A DNA stretch of 59,777 bases, filler included, from Sphacelaria rigidula (lineage: Eukaryota): assembly GCA_964200075.2 (NCBI GenBank). It is 8 parts of 8 records of this genome, joined end to end, with 100 filler letters (N's around TTAATTAATTAA, not from the genome) between each part and the next. Parts side by side here need not be neighbours in the genome. Positions count along the whole stretch, not along the records: positions 29,941 to 37,325 come from CAXNAA020015163.1; positions 37,426 to 44,809 come from CAXNAA020015164.1; positions 44,910 to 52,293 come from CAXNAA020015165.1; 5 more parts are not named here. One strand, 5' to 3'. The notes beneath the pieces were generated by a model that had not been told where the DNA came from, made no database searches, and saw nothing but the letters and a program-made list of their open reading frames with translations. A program made the position numbers and the translations under genes. The stretch's first letter is position 1, and every line of letters starts with the position of its first letter. Shown here piece by piece: positions 37,300-52,007 of the stretch.

Positions 37300-37321
37300 G
37301 GCAAGTAACAAATGAGTACGC
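37256..37321. repeat. 66-bp G-tract-associated element at contig end
   Basis: Full copy next to C-runs. Confidence 0.9.
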
Positions 37322-40300
37322 CCCCNNNNNNNNNNNNNNNNNNNNNNNNNNNNNNNNNNNNNNNNNNNNTTAATTAATTAANNNNNNNNNNNNNNNNNNN
37401 NNNNNNNNNNNNNNNNNNNNNNNNNGTACCGCGCAGATATCGGAACGGCTTTTAATGTGAAGACAACAACAACAACAACAATGGTGCTACAGTACTATCG
37501 CACGCTGTGATATCAGATATGATGGCAAAAACACAAGTCTGCCGACGTAGGACGGCACAGGATGAGAACCGCACGACGGAGGACACGTTGGATCAGCAGC
37601 ATTAATGTTCGACCCTCCAGATACCCCTCCTATACGACGTTCGCTCACGGTAGATGTGGGGGATCCCCGAGGCTAGATCCCCGAGGCTCGCTCGAGGGAT
37701 GCAATGTCCGGGTGCCTACTTAGACGCTGGGCAGGGCAGTCCGAATGTGAGATACGGCACCAAAATTGATCCCGAGGCAACAGCGCGACGGGTCCCCTGT
37801 TCCAGTAGCACCCTGTAAATACAGATCCCGAAGATCGCGAGCATTTGACTACCCTGATCATTTTCCCGGTGATGCTTGTGACTTCTGAAAAAAAGATGAG
37901 GGCGTCTAGATTGGGCAGAATCGACCTCCACAGGGATCCTTAGCTCCGACACTCGCGAAATAAAAACAAGCAACGGCCACCTTGCACCCCGTCTATCGGT
38001 GTTCCACCTCCACCGGACAGGCAGTGAAGTACCTTCATTACTCGGCACGCCATCTCGTCCGACACATGCCACAGCGAAAGTTTCGAGAATATCTTGACCG
38101 CCAGACTTCGAAACTGCAATACCGACGTAATATCTGAGGAGGATCGCCAAGGGTCACGTCCGCCACCGGGGCGCAGGGCAAAAAGGGCAAAGGTCCCAGT
38201 CCTGCGGGGAACACAAGACTGCACTCTCCAGTCACTCGAGCGCCAGGCGCGACCGCTGGTGGTTCAGTTGGAGGCGAGAGCGATATCTACTACCGATCAG
38301 TGATCTAGCAGTGAAAACACTGGGAAACGAGAATACGCACCCCCGCCCCGTCAGCGACAGGCAACTCACAGCCTTCCTCTGCGTATCCTTGCCTGAATGT
38401 TAAAATTGTTGGTACACTAACGTTGGATTTTTTCGCAGTTTTCATAGTGAGTATTCCGGACTGGCAAAGTGATCGATACATTTCTCCCTGACGCGCGTTC
38501 ATCCTTCCCTCATGCCGCCCCGTTTCCCGTTTGATCCGGTCCCACCGTGTTACCTGTTCAGGTTTAGGGCACTCCAACGAGAGTCTCCCCGTTTTTTTGT
38601 TTGTTCGTCAAGCTTTGAACCCCTCCCCCTCCTCTGGACGAGTCCGTGGTCTCAAGGGAGCAGCCCATCTCCGTCGTGGAGTGAATAGACTCTCCCTGTT
38701 CTGATGCCGGACGGCTAGATCCATACTACGTAGCGCAGGGTCACGCCATCGAATGCGTGGTGGAGGCGCACAGACAACCCTCTACAGCCGTTGCAGACGA
38801 CGGGTAGCCAGCAGTCGACGCCAACAACGCGGCCAAGGTCCATTCTGAACGGACGATCCCGACACTCTGATCATAATTAGGGTGCATAAGAAACAGGGGC
38901 TAACGGGTGAGCTCCGAAAGCGCGCCACCAAATTCCGTCCCACGTTGACGAAGGCCCTCCTCAGAGGGCCAGGGTTACAGAACGTGTTTCGGGAAACAAT
39001 ACACATGTGCGAATTTACCTGGCCAGCGGTGCTCTTAAGCGAGTACTACTCGAGAACAATAATGGACCCTTGATCGTCACGCACGAGGCAAGAATTCCGC
39101 CTGCCCTAAGCGGCTTCATGCCAACGACGGTGGCCAGAGTAGGAGGTCACGTTGATCGGGAGCGGGAGGGAAGACCTGCGACGGCGGTGGCCGGCGGGCG
39201 CGAGTGTGTAGCGGCTGCGGCACATGGCGTTCGTGCCGTGAGTGAGGATCAAACGAGCCTGTCCAGGGATCCTGTGCACCAGCGGTTACAGGCTTACGAG
39301 GTGTACTCATGATCTTGCACGCCGTAGTCATGTGACCTTTGACCTCGCATCCCTACAAAGCCGGGACGGTGCGGGGCTTGCAAGGTGGGGGGAATGACTG
39401 CCGGGGCAGGTGCCGTGGCAATGGGGTGGTAAGAATTCACCCGGTTATCTGCGGCGGCGGGAGCAGGCAAAGAAGGGCGTGGGAGAGCGGTGGCGGTAAT
39501 GGCGAAGGCAGCGGGATGCACCGGTGTTGTTGGCTGCGGACTGGGGGGGGGCGGCCCAGCAGTCGAATATGGCAGTGGTGATGGACGACCTAGGGGGGGG
39601 ATGGCGGGCGCAGTAGCGACGATAGGCGCAAGTGTTGTTGGCGGCGGGCTGGCGGCGGCGGCGTGGCAAGGCGCGGGTGTTAGCGCCCGCGCGGGGGCTC
39701 GGAGGGCGACTCCACCTTTGTATCTCGCGGTAGTGACAGGCAGCGAGAGAAGGGGGACAGCGCCGGCAGCGGATGCATATCTGCCACGTGCAGCGCTGCC
39801 CCACCTCTTCTAGTCGTAAGTCGCAACCACATATGTTGTGATGGCGTCATGGCGGTGGCCCTGATCAATGTACCCACAGCGCAGCAGGACCTGGTATAAG
39901 TGAGGGAGGGATGCCCGCAGTCCCTTTTATCATCCACTCCGAGAGGATGCTCGGGAAGCACTCGAAAACTGCCTGGGGAAGCCCATCGATACTGATCAGT
40001 GGAATATGAGCGGTACAATCATTTCCTGTTGCGAATATTGATGGTCTATTGTCGAGGGTGTGGGTTTTGTTCTACTGGCTATATCCTCCTGATGTATTAT
40101 GCTGAAAGGGCTCAAACGCCACGCAATTCAGGGCCAAGCATGTTGTCAACGGTGGCCACCACTACATACTGGTGGTGACCAGGGTTTACAGCACGATAGA
40201 GAACACCAGGGGCAGAAACGAGATTGCTCGGCCGCCTGACGGATAGTGTCTTTGGCTCATGCAATTGCCGCAGGCGGCACCATTCGTTTGAACCTACCCG

Positions 40301-41821
40301 TTGACTGGAGGCGAGTTCCTACCGAATATGCCCGGGATTCCTTTCCCCGGAATGTGGGAGTTTGTTCTGAAGGCCCAACGAATGCCGAATCTTTTACAAG
40401 ACCGACATTGGTGGTCACATACGGTACCCCGAGGATGGATGTCAACGAGAGCGTAAAGCGGCCGGCTACGTTTTTTTGTCCAGTACAACAACGCTTCTGC
40501 GGAAGTCGCAGCGGACCCGTGATTTCTGTTCGCCACATCCCGGGAGGTCTTGAAGTCGTATGTGAACAATATCCGCTTCTGTATCGCCACAGTACATAGG
40601 CACATGCCTTCCCGTTCCTGCTCCGACTCGGCGCCTTCAAGAAGCATGTGGGTAGGTCTGACAGCCTACTCGAATACTGGGGTGGGAGGACTTTCGGGAC
40701 CGGATGCCCAGAGTGAACTTCAGTGGATGCGGGTGGGGCTTTCAAGCGGAAAATAAGACTCATCACAAGGGTAGTAGAAATCGGCGAGCAGAGGGATGGT
40801 GGAGTTCACACGCGACAAAACTGTTATTTGCTCATCAAGCACACGCATGTTGACAGATCCATGAACCTGCCAATCCTGAGGTGCTCATGCAAGCTGACCA
40901 AGGTGGCGCACAGGAGTCAATACGACGAGGGCTCAAGTGTTTGGGAAAGCGTAGCTGAGCTGCGGTTCTCAGGGCCACTGCTGTTTGCTCCCGCCCCTTC
41001 GCCAGCAACCGGCGCGACTCCCGCTACTGATACCGCCGGCGGAAGTAGCGGTGCACGCGGCCGATCCCAGCGTGGGGCGGATTCATGGCGAACCGTCGAA
41101 GGCGCCGAGCAAATGCAGCGCGCAACGCGTCGGAGGCAGCTGTTCACATACCTCGATGGGGAGTCGTGATGGTGCGAGGGCGGGGTGGTGGTGTTAGGAG
41201 GGTTCGGATCTGGGAACAGATTGAGCCAGTCGCACTTGTTGAGACGATGGAAGTCGGGATCAGGATTCGAGATTCAGATTCCGAATTCAGCGGGTCAGAG
41301 AGAGTAGACTCGGCATCGGAGGCGGGTAACGACCATGATGACGATTTCGCGTTTTGAACGAGCTTGCTTCGACATTTCGAGGTTTTCCTTGCTGTACATA
41401 GGTTGCACGTACAGATCTATACTATTCAAGGGTTCTGCGTCCAGGAGGTGCTATATCGACCGTACTTTGTGTGCATAATGATGGTGGTGCGTGCATGGTG
41501 TGGTGTGCCATCGGGTGCACAAGTATTGGAATGGGGGGGGGGGGGGTTCTGGCAACGCCTCCGGGCGGATCGTCAATTGTGCGCGAGACTAAACATTAAT
41601 GTGAGCCGAACGAGTGTATCGATACGAAAGCACTAATATGAAACAAGCGATGGTATCTTAGTTGACTTTTTCAAAGATTGTGCAGTACTACCGTCGCGCG
41701 CGCATCGACTCTGCGTTGGGTGGTTTCGTCCGTGTTTTGACAAGCGAATTGTCGGGAATCACAGCGTGTTTGAACAATGTGTTGAACGTTGGGGAAAAAC
41801 GGAAAACGTTCTTTATTACTC

Positions 41822-41990
41822 TCTCTTCGACATGACTCATACCGGACCATCTGCACCCGACCAGACGGTCCATGTGACCACCTGTCCTCCGAATCACGCA
41901 TTAATGCTATTTTCACAAGATCACCTTTTGATACTGAGAGCTCATGGTCTCGCTGGTAACGCACGGAAGTCGGCAGCACGTGTGCGCGCC
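41822..41990 (-). pseudogene. Frameshifted SH3-domain remnant
   Basis: ADFRA / DHELSVSKGDLVKI..EDRWSHG..GRV / SHVEE spread over different frames; fits the SH3 ELSxxxGD..W..G pattern. Confidence 0.55.
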
Positions 41991-43794
41991 ATGTCTTGCG
42001 CAGCGATCCGTGAAGCACACTTCACGCGCCACACCAGCGACAACGGCGTGCACATGTTCGTATAATTTTTCCCATCGGCGAGCAACGTTGATATTTGCAT
42101 TATGACTACGGAAGAACATATCCCCATACTGAAAACCACCGGACGCGGCACAATTTCTGCCTGCTCATTTTGGATACTACCCATGATTTGTTACGCTTTT
42201 ACACCGCACCTGACATGTTCTAGACTCACCAGGCAGTTAGTTGTCAATATCTCGATCCAGAGAGCAACTGCAGAGACGAATCAAGTTGCTCTGTGGAGCG
42301 AATACGCATGTCCATCGGTCCTGCAGCTTCTGCCAGCACAAATCCATGCCATAGATGGAAATATCGAGGTAAAGTGATAATCATCTGCTAAAAATATCAC
42401 ACTATCCCGGCGGGTGATTGGTGCAGCATTGACATTGAACGATGACTATTCCAGTAGTACTTGTGTGTAGCATTTCAGCGTGCTGATATTCGTGCAGCGT
42501 CAGCAATCTTTGATCGCGTGTTGGACATGTACATTGGAAAAAAAAATGGCTTCTACGAATATGAACATCTGTCTGAGCTGCTTTGGGAAAGGTATCCATT
42601 GGTGGCTTGGGCGCTGTAGAGGGAGAAATTGAGCCAGACTACTACAGCTTTATACCAGCATCATTACATTATCGTGCCCGGTCTACTTCTTCTATTCCGC
42701 CGTGTCTTGTTTTCGGGGGGGTGGTCGAAAATTTGACACTAAATCAAGCGGAACACTGCGATCGCGTTTCGTATTCCAAAATGGAAAATGACCATTGCGC
42801 CTGTACGACATGTGTGCCGTGCAGTTGTCTAGAAATGTCCAACATCAATGTGTGCGCTGCGTTGAGTAGAATTGAGCCGTAATTCTTGAAGCGGGTGGTC
42901 ATAGTCATCATCAAATATCGGAGACCAACACGACTATGAATTCACCCTTCATAGCATCTGCTGACTACACCGTGTGTTGTTATCGGAGGGGTGGTGCAAT
43001 ACGTGACACAAAAGCAGTACAGGTAGCAATACTATACTGTTCTCGCTTGCAGCCCTAACATCAAGGCTGCAAGTTCTCCTGACGTTGGCTACCATATGAA
43101 ACTTGTCAATCTTAAATCCAAAGCTACACTCAAGAGCTCAGATGGACACTGAACCAAATAGTGGCGCGCACGCACATGGCACATACATACCTTTTTGCAG
43201 GAGACGTTGGTGCACACTTGCACGCTTCGGCCGCCCGACATGACCACAGCAGCACCACTGTAGCTCATGGGTCGCACCCTGGTAATACTAGCTATATGAA
43301 ACGCTACGCACTCGTGATAGACATTATGGCCAAGAAGCAGCAATGCCACGGCAGAAAAAGTAGGAATATCGAGGAAACGATAACTAGAACGCCTTTGATC
43401 CCTTACAATATCCATCCCGCACGAAGCAGCCCTCAAACTGCACCATCAGCAGACTTCAACCGGCAAATTACGATGCAGCTGGTCAGGTATTGAATTCAAT
43501 TTAATTCATGCACGGGGCGCATGTCAACCATGAAATCAAGGTTGTGTATACTCGTACCATAAACTGCAGTGAGTGCCTGGTGGTGAAACACACTTGCACC
43601 GTGGAGCAAAAGGAAGAAGAATAACTCGACAACTTTCACAGCCGAATATTTCGCTGACTCAGACTATAACACTTACTGCACAGTATGTTCCTAATATAAA
43701 GAGCAGATAAAAAGCTGCTGATGAAAGGTTATTGGAGAGTGGTAGCGGTAGGCGAGAGCCCATTAGCTGGAAATTCTTCACTCAACAAATTCAA

Positions 43795-44619
43795 GGCCGG
43801 ATGTTATGGCAACAGATCTTCGGCCCCGGATCTTCAAAATTCGTGTGACACCCATGTTATGGGTACAGATTTATCGAAATTATGGGTGAAAAAATATGTC
43901 GCCAAGATTTGGGGCCCGAGGCCCACAAATTTTGGGCAAACTGGCGGGGGTTGGCAAGCACAGATTTTTGCACATGGATTTTTGCGTTTTGGCCGGCAGA
44001 CCGTCATAATGGGGTCACGTCGCATTTTTGTTGGATGTGCCGGCGAGCTGGCTGCGCCTTTGTGAGTGATCCTGTCGACAACAACCAACAACACACGAAG
44101 CAACCACACGCCGCAGCCGATGCGTCATGGAGCCAGCTTCGCGCGTACGAGACAAAAAACGACACGCCTTGTTCGTCGGTCTCCTGGCAAAACCATTGCA
44201 GAGACGTTGAGAGAATAGACATGTGATGCGGACTGTCGCTGTCTGGCGGGTAGTTCTGCGATCCTTCGATGAAGGATTCAACTTTAGCAGCAAGGAGGGG
44301 GGCATGGTCACTTACTCATGTGCTCGAAAGAACCGGCACTGGTGTTAGTGGGGTGGTGGGTGGTGATGACCTCTCTGCGGCAGTGACGCTACATCACCAC
44401 AGCACGCCACAACACACGATACACCTACGGGACTGTGAGCTGTTGAAACACGCTAAACATAAAACTCGAAACCCTGGTGGAGGTATACAAATCAGAACAG
44501 TATGGTATGAAAATCTGTGTGCTGCCATAATATCGTTCCGAAACCAAATTGGCCGCGGATTTGTTTCACCAGAATTAAAAAATCTGTGGGCCAAAGATAT
44601 GTTGCCATAACATCCGGCC
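43795..44619. mobile_element. ~825-bp TIR element with GGCC termini (PIF/Harbinger-like)
   Basis: Perfect 20-bp TIR ggccggatgttatggcaaca extending imperfectly inward; flanks CAA / TAG (possibly decayed TAA). Confidence 0.7.
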
Positions 44620-46745
44620 TAGGCCAACTCTTCTTACAGAAGCGTTTGAAAATTTTATTTTGCGACAACTTCAGAGGAGATTTTTTTTTCTGTCATCATA
44701 GTGAACGGGCACAAAAATACACAACTACGGCAAACAGCCAATAATAGCCGATTTTCGAAAATGAGGTTGAAAAAAAAAATGAGGTTCAACTCAAAAGCCG
44801 TGCTTTCCCNNNNNNNNNNNNNNNNNNNNNNNNNNNNNNNNNNNNNNNNNNNNTTAATTAATTAANNNNNNNNNNNNNNNNNNNNNNNNNNNNNNNNNNN
44901 NNNNNNNNNATGCTTTGTGCGGTATCTCACCAACCAGACCGCCGAATTCCTTGAATGGGGTACTGTACGGTAGCTGCATGCACAGGACGTGTGCTCAAGC
45001 AAAAAAAACAAAAGTTGCCTGTTAGGAACGCTAGAGCATCCACTCTGAATCCGATATTGCGCTCTGAATCTCACGAATATGTTGTTTGCTGTCCTTCACG
45101 TGTGCCTCCAAACACGTCACTTGGTCCTTCGAAATCCGTCAAAACTGAAACAAACCTATAAACTGGCGAATCTTCACGACAAAAAGCGGTATCTCACATG
45201 CACCAACACTTCGCACACACGACGCCAGCGGAGTAGTTGCAAAGCAACGAGAAGGATCTTTGTGTATTGAATTATGCGGTGTATCTTACGCACGAGACGC
45301 CTTTTATGCCTCTTCACCTGCGTGATCACCAGCCGACCGTTGATTTGTCTTTATCGGTGCACCCACGAACAAATCAGGAACAAAGCATGAACATACCACT
45401 TGCGAACCGTCGGCTGGTGCCACGAGATATCATCATAGACCATCGCACCCTACTGGGTTCTCCCTGAGAGACTGCTCAAATGTTGAAGTGAGCGCGCCGT
45501 GACAGTGTGATGTCGATAGTAGGGCTTACAGACGCTACGCTAATAACATAGTCGTGTTGTTTCGCGTTTTGTAGATTGGGGTTCGGGTTTCGGCTGGAGG
45601 TACGGTTACCGTACCCTAGCTCCAGGTAGTCCTAAACAATGGAAGACTTAGTTTCTAGGCGTCTCCGAATTACGGTTAGGGATGGCTACACAATTTAGAG
45701 TACAAAGTATGTATGAATCGCAATTCTAGTACGAACAACGGTTAGGACTACCCGGACAAAGTTCATACCGCACGAATGGCGAGTGGGAAATATGTAAGCT
45801 TGATTCTTGCCCCATGAGTCATAGGTGGGGAACATCCACACGTGAACCATGTCTTTTTCAATAGTGGTAAGCGAGAAATAATCATCTCTGTTTTGGTATG
45901 ATTGTACGATTTCATCTGTGCAAGCAATCCAAGCACTCAACCCACGCATCAATGACGTTCTATAATCTCGCGCCTCGACTCTCTGGCTGCCGGGGAAGGT
46001 CATCGAATCGTCATCTTTCACCGAAAATAGATGACCGAATGACAGACCTTAGGGTCGATACGATGTCACCACCAGGGGAGAAGGCACGCGACAGGGCGGG
46101 TCTCCCCCACATTGGCGAAATTTACCATGTGGGTGTAATGTCGGTCCAAAGTGTTGCAATTCCTTCCTCCTCCTCCAAATATCTTCGGCTACCGACGTCG
46201 CTCGACGACGCCGTCACCACTGTTGCTGTTCCCCGTTCCAATTCGTTTTTCGTCGACATTTACGACGAAAAAATAGAAAATTCAAACTGTCTTACACGGC
46301 GCGAAGCACTACCGTAACGCGTAAAGGCAAGACGGCACCGAGCCTTGCTGCTCAACACGGCGGCCAGATCGATCTTTCGGCGTTCAGAGGGGGACATGGA
46401 AATGACGAAAGCACTAACACTACTCTACTAGTTTTCGTTTCCAAGCTGTTGCTGACCAAGCTATATCACACACTCCAAGCTTTATCAACACCGCCAAGTA
46501 CCGACGGACGCACGACATGGCCTTGTGCAATAATATTCAACACCCGCTGTAGCTCAAAGCTGTGTTTACAACACAGGTGCACAGGACAAGTGTGCGTGCA
46601 CCGTCCTTGTATGCCCCAAGCTGCATGCGCAAATGAGGGAGCTGTCTCTGATATACTTCCAGCCACGAGAAACAAGAACGCGTACGGAGAATGGGGCATC
46701 ACGACTGCAGTTAAAAACAGTAAGGCTGTCGCCCGCGAGCCCTTG

Positions 46746-47189
46746 AACACGGGATCTCACGAATTGGGGATGAATCTTTTATTGGGGATGAGGAACCCGG
46801 AGGATTAAAATATTCGTATCAACACCAAATCTTTGAAATATACTTATATCTCTCCACCTACAGATGTCTGTTGACAACTGCTACATGAACATGGAAATTT
46901 GGATTTCGATCACCGAAATTTCGGGGGCCTAGGTGAAAAAACAATTTCGGAAGCAGTGTGGCGTCCGTTCGGACACCCGAAATTCTCCGAATTGGTTTTT
47001 CATCTAGGACCCTAAAATTTTGGTGATCGAAATCCAAATTCCTATGGCGTGTAGCAGTTGCCAACAGCCATCTGTAGGTGGAGAGATAGAAGTATATTTC
47101 AAAGATTTGGTGTTGATACGAATGTTTTAATCCTCCGGGTTTCTCATCCCCAATAAAAGATTCATCCCCAATTCGTGACATCCCGTGTT
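46746..47189. mobile_element. 444-bp AACAC foldback MITE
   Basis: Exact 4-bp TSD CTTG (46742-46745, 47190-47193); same length as 256-699. Confidence 0.92.
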
Positions 47190-47811
47190 CTTGAAGGATT
47201 TGCGTTATGCTTCGTGGTAAAACGGGTACCAACACCAATATAGGACAAGGGAAGAAACCACAGCTAGCTGCCCTGCCTGGTCTACAACTACATCGCTCCG
47301 GTGAGGCATGTGCGGAGTAAACACTCACCCGTCAGCTGGTTCTTGCCCAAGACTAGCTCCTCGAGGGTCACAAGCTGGCCCAGCTGGGCGGGTAGTTTAC
47401 CTGCTTGTTCACACAGAGGAGCAACCGATGGAATTGGCCGTCATTTCTACGCAAAAACAAATTAACCATCAAGGACAAACTTCGTGCTGGGTGCATGCCG
47501 TGACTGAACGGCAACACAGATACATCTCTGCTCCTTTTGATGCAATCGACGTTGTACCAGGGGTAGATTACTTTGGTCCTGGGTAGAAACATACGCCAAC
47601 GTCAATAAAGACAAATATGAACTTCAGGGGATGTGAGGCTGGGGAGCAGATCGATACCAACTACTTGGCTCTAGTTTTCAGTGCGTGATATCTAGTGCTG
47701 GAGGAGTTTACGGGTTTACTTCGCTTAATTGGTGTCGAAACACCGAAGGAACATCACACAACAACTCGTGACGAGGCTGAATCTCGATGTTCGGGGGAAG
47801 GGAGGGGGGGG

Positions 47812-47877
47812 GCGTACTCACTTGTTGCTTGCCTTAGTCGTGTGACCATTGACCGCGCATCCCTTTCGAGACGGAGC
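47812..47877. repeat. 66-bp G-tract-associated element
   Basis: Full copy after a G-run. Confidence 0.9.
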
Positions 47878-50800
47878 AAAAGTACATGACGGGGGGGAGA
47901 GATCACTATTATTTTACGTGCCTTGGCTGTGTAGGACTGTTGACTGCGCATCCTGCTCCAGATATCGGACTGTCGAACTCCATTTTTCGTACGGAACGCC
48001 CCGCAAGTTGATGTGCTGAGGTACAGGTGCGAACTGTGTACGTACAGTCACTTCTTGTCGTCTTGCGCTCGGCACTGAAGCTCCCCTCTCCTTGTCTCTC
48101 GCGATGCTCCGCAAAATACATGCCTCGTGTTCCTCGAAACGCCTTTACTTTTGGTGGGGAAAAAAGCGGGAAACTACTGTACGATGTGGTGATGCCAGCG
48201 GTAGCGACAGAGGGCATGATCAGGGTCCGAATGGGCTGTTCCAAGTTGGTTTACGATCTATGCCTGGTTTGATACTTCAGAAATCATACGTTCGGGCGAG
48301 GAAAAGTGGGTTTGGGTCAACAGAACCACATGAAGGTTTTCTCTCTCCTGACGTCCGTTTCCTCGACTTATGTTTTCTTGCATCGTTTGGCTTGTCTCTC
48401 CTGTATTACAAGGTCAGAAGGTTAGGTGCTAGCAGCGTCGATCCGCTGAAGTGAACGGCTGCAGGTTTTTCGGAGACCTCAATTGCCAATTCATTATGTA
48501 CTTTACATGCAAACTAGGTAATAATGTTGATTTCAGCGGGCGCATGTTTTTGCACCCGTCGCCCACACTCCTTTATTTCTGCGCATCTCGACCAGTGTAG
48601 AATGAAAATATTACTAGGAGATAGAGTAAAACACATAGGTGTCATTATGCTCGATGTGAACCTTGCCTGGGTCGGCTACGCAAGATCCGTACGCTGTTTC
48701 TCGACGTGGTGACACGTTGTACAGTGTTAATGTATACTCCATTTAGGTTTATGGCGGGTATGTTCGTATTGCTAGAAGCGGTGTTAGGCGTCGTTTGAAG
48801 CCTGAGCGGGGTATTTCGCAATCGAAGCTGCAGGTATTATTCGACCATTTCTGGAAATTTGGAGTTTCAGATCCCTGCTGGTTGAAGACGCCAACGCAAA
48901 GAGAATATACACTGGATTCATCGCACGACTAATATTTCATTCGAGTTGCTCCTCGCCTGACTTGGCGAAGTGTTCCTCGAGAAACACCAGTCGATAAATG
49001 AAAGGATTTCCTCCTATTTGGGTTCTCATTTCTAATGTGACGGTAACCCCGTTAGATCTGTCCGTAGAAGCGTACACTGGGGCGTGTGGAACGGACAAGA
49101 CGTGTGGGGGTCTGCGAACAACGAAGCTGGGCTTCCTCGATGCCCACGATTTCTTACTTTTTCACCCTCCAACCACCTAGCCCCGTGCCCTGTTGTGGAA
49201 AGTTTCACGTTTGTTTGGTGTTCCTTCAAGTCTGTCTCCCGTGTTCTTCATTCCTGTGTTTGGTTTTGTTGTTCACAAGGATTTAGCATCGTTTTTGCTT
49301 GGAAATGTTTTTGGCTATGCTCCTCCGAGTGCTGTACCCTACTTCCTCTCTGCTCTTAGCTTCCAACGTGTGTGCTAAAGTGTCTGTACCGGGCTCTCGT
49401 TCCGTAATGGAGTAGAAGTCGCCGCGCCACGATGACCTTAACGAAAATGGTACATCAACCAGCTCTCAGTTGTGGCAGAAGGTTGCACCCGTCGGGGAGC
49501 TCATGAGCTACCTGAGTATCACCTCTTACTAGTTCACTGATCCGGACCATGAGCTAGCTCACTTGGTCATTTTCCCCCCCATATTTGCTCCCTACAGCGC
49601 TCGAGGCCGAGCACGTGAAGTAGGTCAAAGGTAGCGCTTTGGATTCTCGGACCCCGCTGTCACGAGTTTTGCGTTCTTGGACAAGGGATCTGGGAATCCT
49701 CTCCGATTAGATATTTTTGGTAGCTCATGATGAGCTGTTCAAAGCGTGGAAGACTGCAACTTCAAACATCGCTAGATGACGGTAGCTTTGAGCAGAATCT
49801 CGTTCCCGTGGATGAAAGGTTAAGGGTCCGGTGGATCGATTGATTGCTTGACTGATTGATTTATTATCACACGTACACTGATCCTCGACGGACTCAGCCA
49901 TGGTCGCGGGAGAGACGCATCCGAACATAACAAAACGGAAACGCTCGCTGAAGAAAAAGAAAAATGAAACGACGAAAAAGTAGAATGAACGGTAAACCTG
50001 AAAAATAGAAAACGACTGTGAAAAGAATAGATTGATGCAACGGTAGGGATGCCCAACCAAACGTTTTCTGAGGTTCGTATTGTTAGGAACCCCTTACCTC
50101 ATCCAAAACACGAGTTATGTGTGATTACGCCAGGATTACTATTTAAATGTGCTAGGGATGTCCCGAACTAATTTGCAAATAACGGGGATGCCCTGGCCCA
50201 AATTCTTGTGCATCTTGAATCGTGAGGAGCCCCTAAACCAGACAAGAGTCTTGCGCAAGAAGTGCACCCCTACCGTAGCATTGCTCTCGACAAGAATCGA
50301 CGGGGTGCAAGAGTGCTGATCCGACACGCGAAACCGACTTGTCAGGCGGATACCAGGGGTGATATGCGTTGCCTCCTCCGGACAGAGCTGGGACCCGTCC
50401 CGAGAAAGGCAATTGATCGAAAGCTTGAAGGGAGAAGAACATGACGAAATGGAAGTCGGTCTACGAAGTTGATTAAGAAAAACAAATGAGAACGGCTCTT
50501 GAGGATTTCTGATACATTGGATTTCTGATACTGCCACCTCTTGACGGTGGACACTGTACCCAAATTTGAGAATTGAGAGAGAGAGAGAGAGAGAGAGTAT
50601 CCAAAACAAATTCGTACAAGAACATCGTCCCCACGCTTAACTTGGAACGACGTACTACGGGCAACGATTACACAGCCCCGGGTGGTGCTCTTTTCTACAT
50701 TCGCTGGATTGAACCAATCTCCAACGTTCTGGTGAACAGCCGTTCAGACTCACGTGATAGAGGCGATCATGAAAAATGGGCACGAAGCGAGGTCGAAGTT

Positions 50801-51810
50801 GTATGTGACCTTGCAGCGGGTACCCGTCAAAGGTTCCCTCGTTCGTTCCCATCGGAACAACTCCCGTTCCCATGTTTCAGGATCGCCTGTTAGTTTTTCC
50901 TGTGATTTTTAGCCAGTTGTTGGGCTATACTGCCGATGATGAGCGTTTCATGGACCAAAACGCAGGTGATGACGTCCCCCGTATTTATTTATTTTTTGCC
51001 AGTATTGCCCTGACCACGCTAGGTTAACATATTCTCGGATGAAAAATTTGCTCCCTTGTTTAGTGCCCGTCGATTCCGAAACGTTTCGGGTGGAAATGAA
51101 GCAAATTCTGCAAAAAACAAACAAACCATTGAGTAAATCCCTCATTCAAACGATGACTGCCGCAGGGATGGTGTGTTTCAGAAAAAAAATCACGAGAACA
51201 GCTGACCAGGGGGGCTTCGTTTCTTGTACGAAGTGTCTAGAGCTCTACGGGCCGTTATGACCGACCTGAAGGGCATGGTGAGATTTTCTCCTTGTACTTT
51301 TTTTTCGTTCTTGAGTGACTCCGTCCATGCCTTCCGTCCTTTTTTGTTTTCGAGGCTCTCCCCCAAGCAAGGCTGTGCAAGCTACAAGCTTCCCCTTTCT
51401 AATCGAGAAGTGCACCCCCCCGAAAATCAGCACTGCCGCCCATGTTATGCAGCACGACTCGTGTTCAACCCCGACCACGGCACCCATGCCGCGCACGCCA
51501 TGACTGCACTGCAGTATAGATATGAGATCGCTATTCGTGGCGGCCGGCGATAGTGGTGATATTAGGCGCTTGGTATGGCTGTCCTGGCACATTGAGGCAT
51601 GACAGAAATTGTAGCAAGGTGTTCGAAAGTCTTGGTACATGGGTCCGTTAGGTTCCCATTTCCCGTGACAGAATAAAGTTGAAGTGGACGATTGGCAAGG
51701 GGTGTTGTTAACGGAACTTTTTTTCTCTAAACGTTTTCAGGGGTGCACTTGAAAATACTTTCCGACGCCTCTGTACTCACTTTTGAATTGTTGGCTTCTC
51801 AGGAGGGGGG

Positions 51811-51871
51811 GCGTTCTCACGTGTTGCTTGCCTTAGTCGTTTGACCATTGACATCCCTTTCGAGACGGAGC
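51811..51871. repeat. 66-bp-family element (5-bp deletion) with 14-bp TSD
   Basis: TTCTCAGGAGGGGG at 51796-51809 and 51872-51885. Confidence 0.9.
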
Positions 51872-52007
51872 TTCTCAGGAGGGGGTAGGGTGGGGGGGGG
51901 GGGGAACCCCGCCCCAATCGAAATACAAACTTCTGTATAATGATGTAATCTAAATTCCATACAAAATACAGCGGCGTCCAAAGGGGGTACCCCCCGGTGG
52001 GAGGGGG

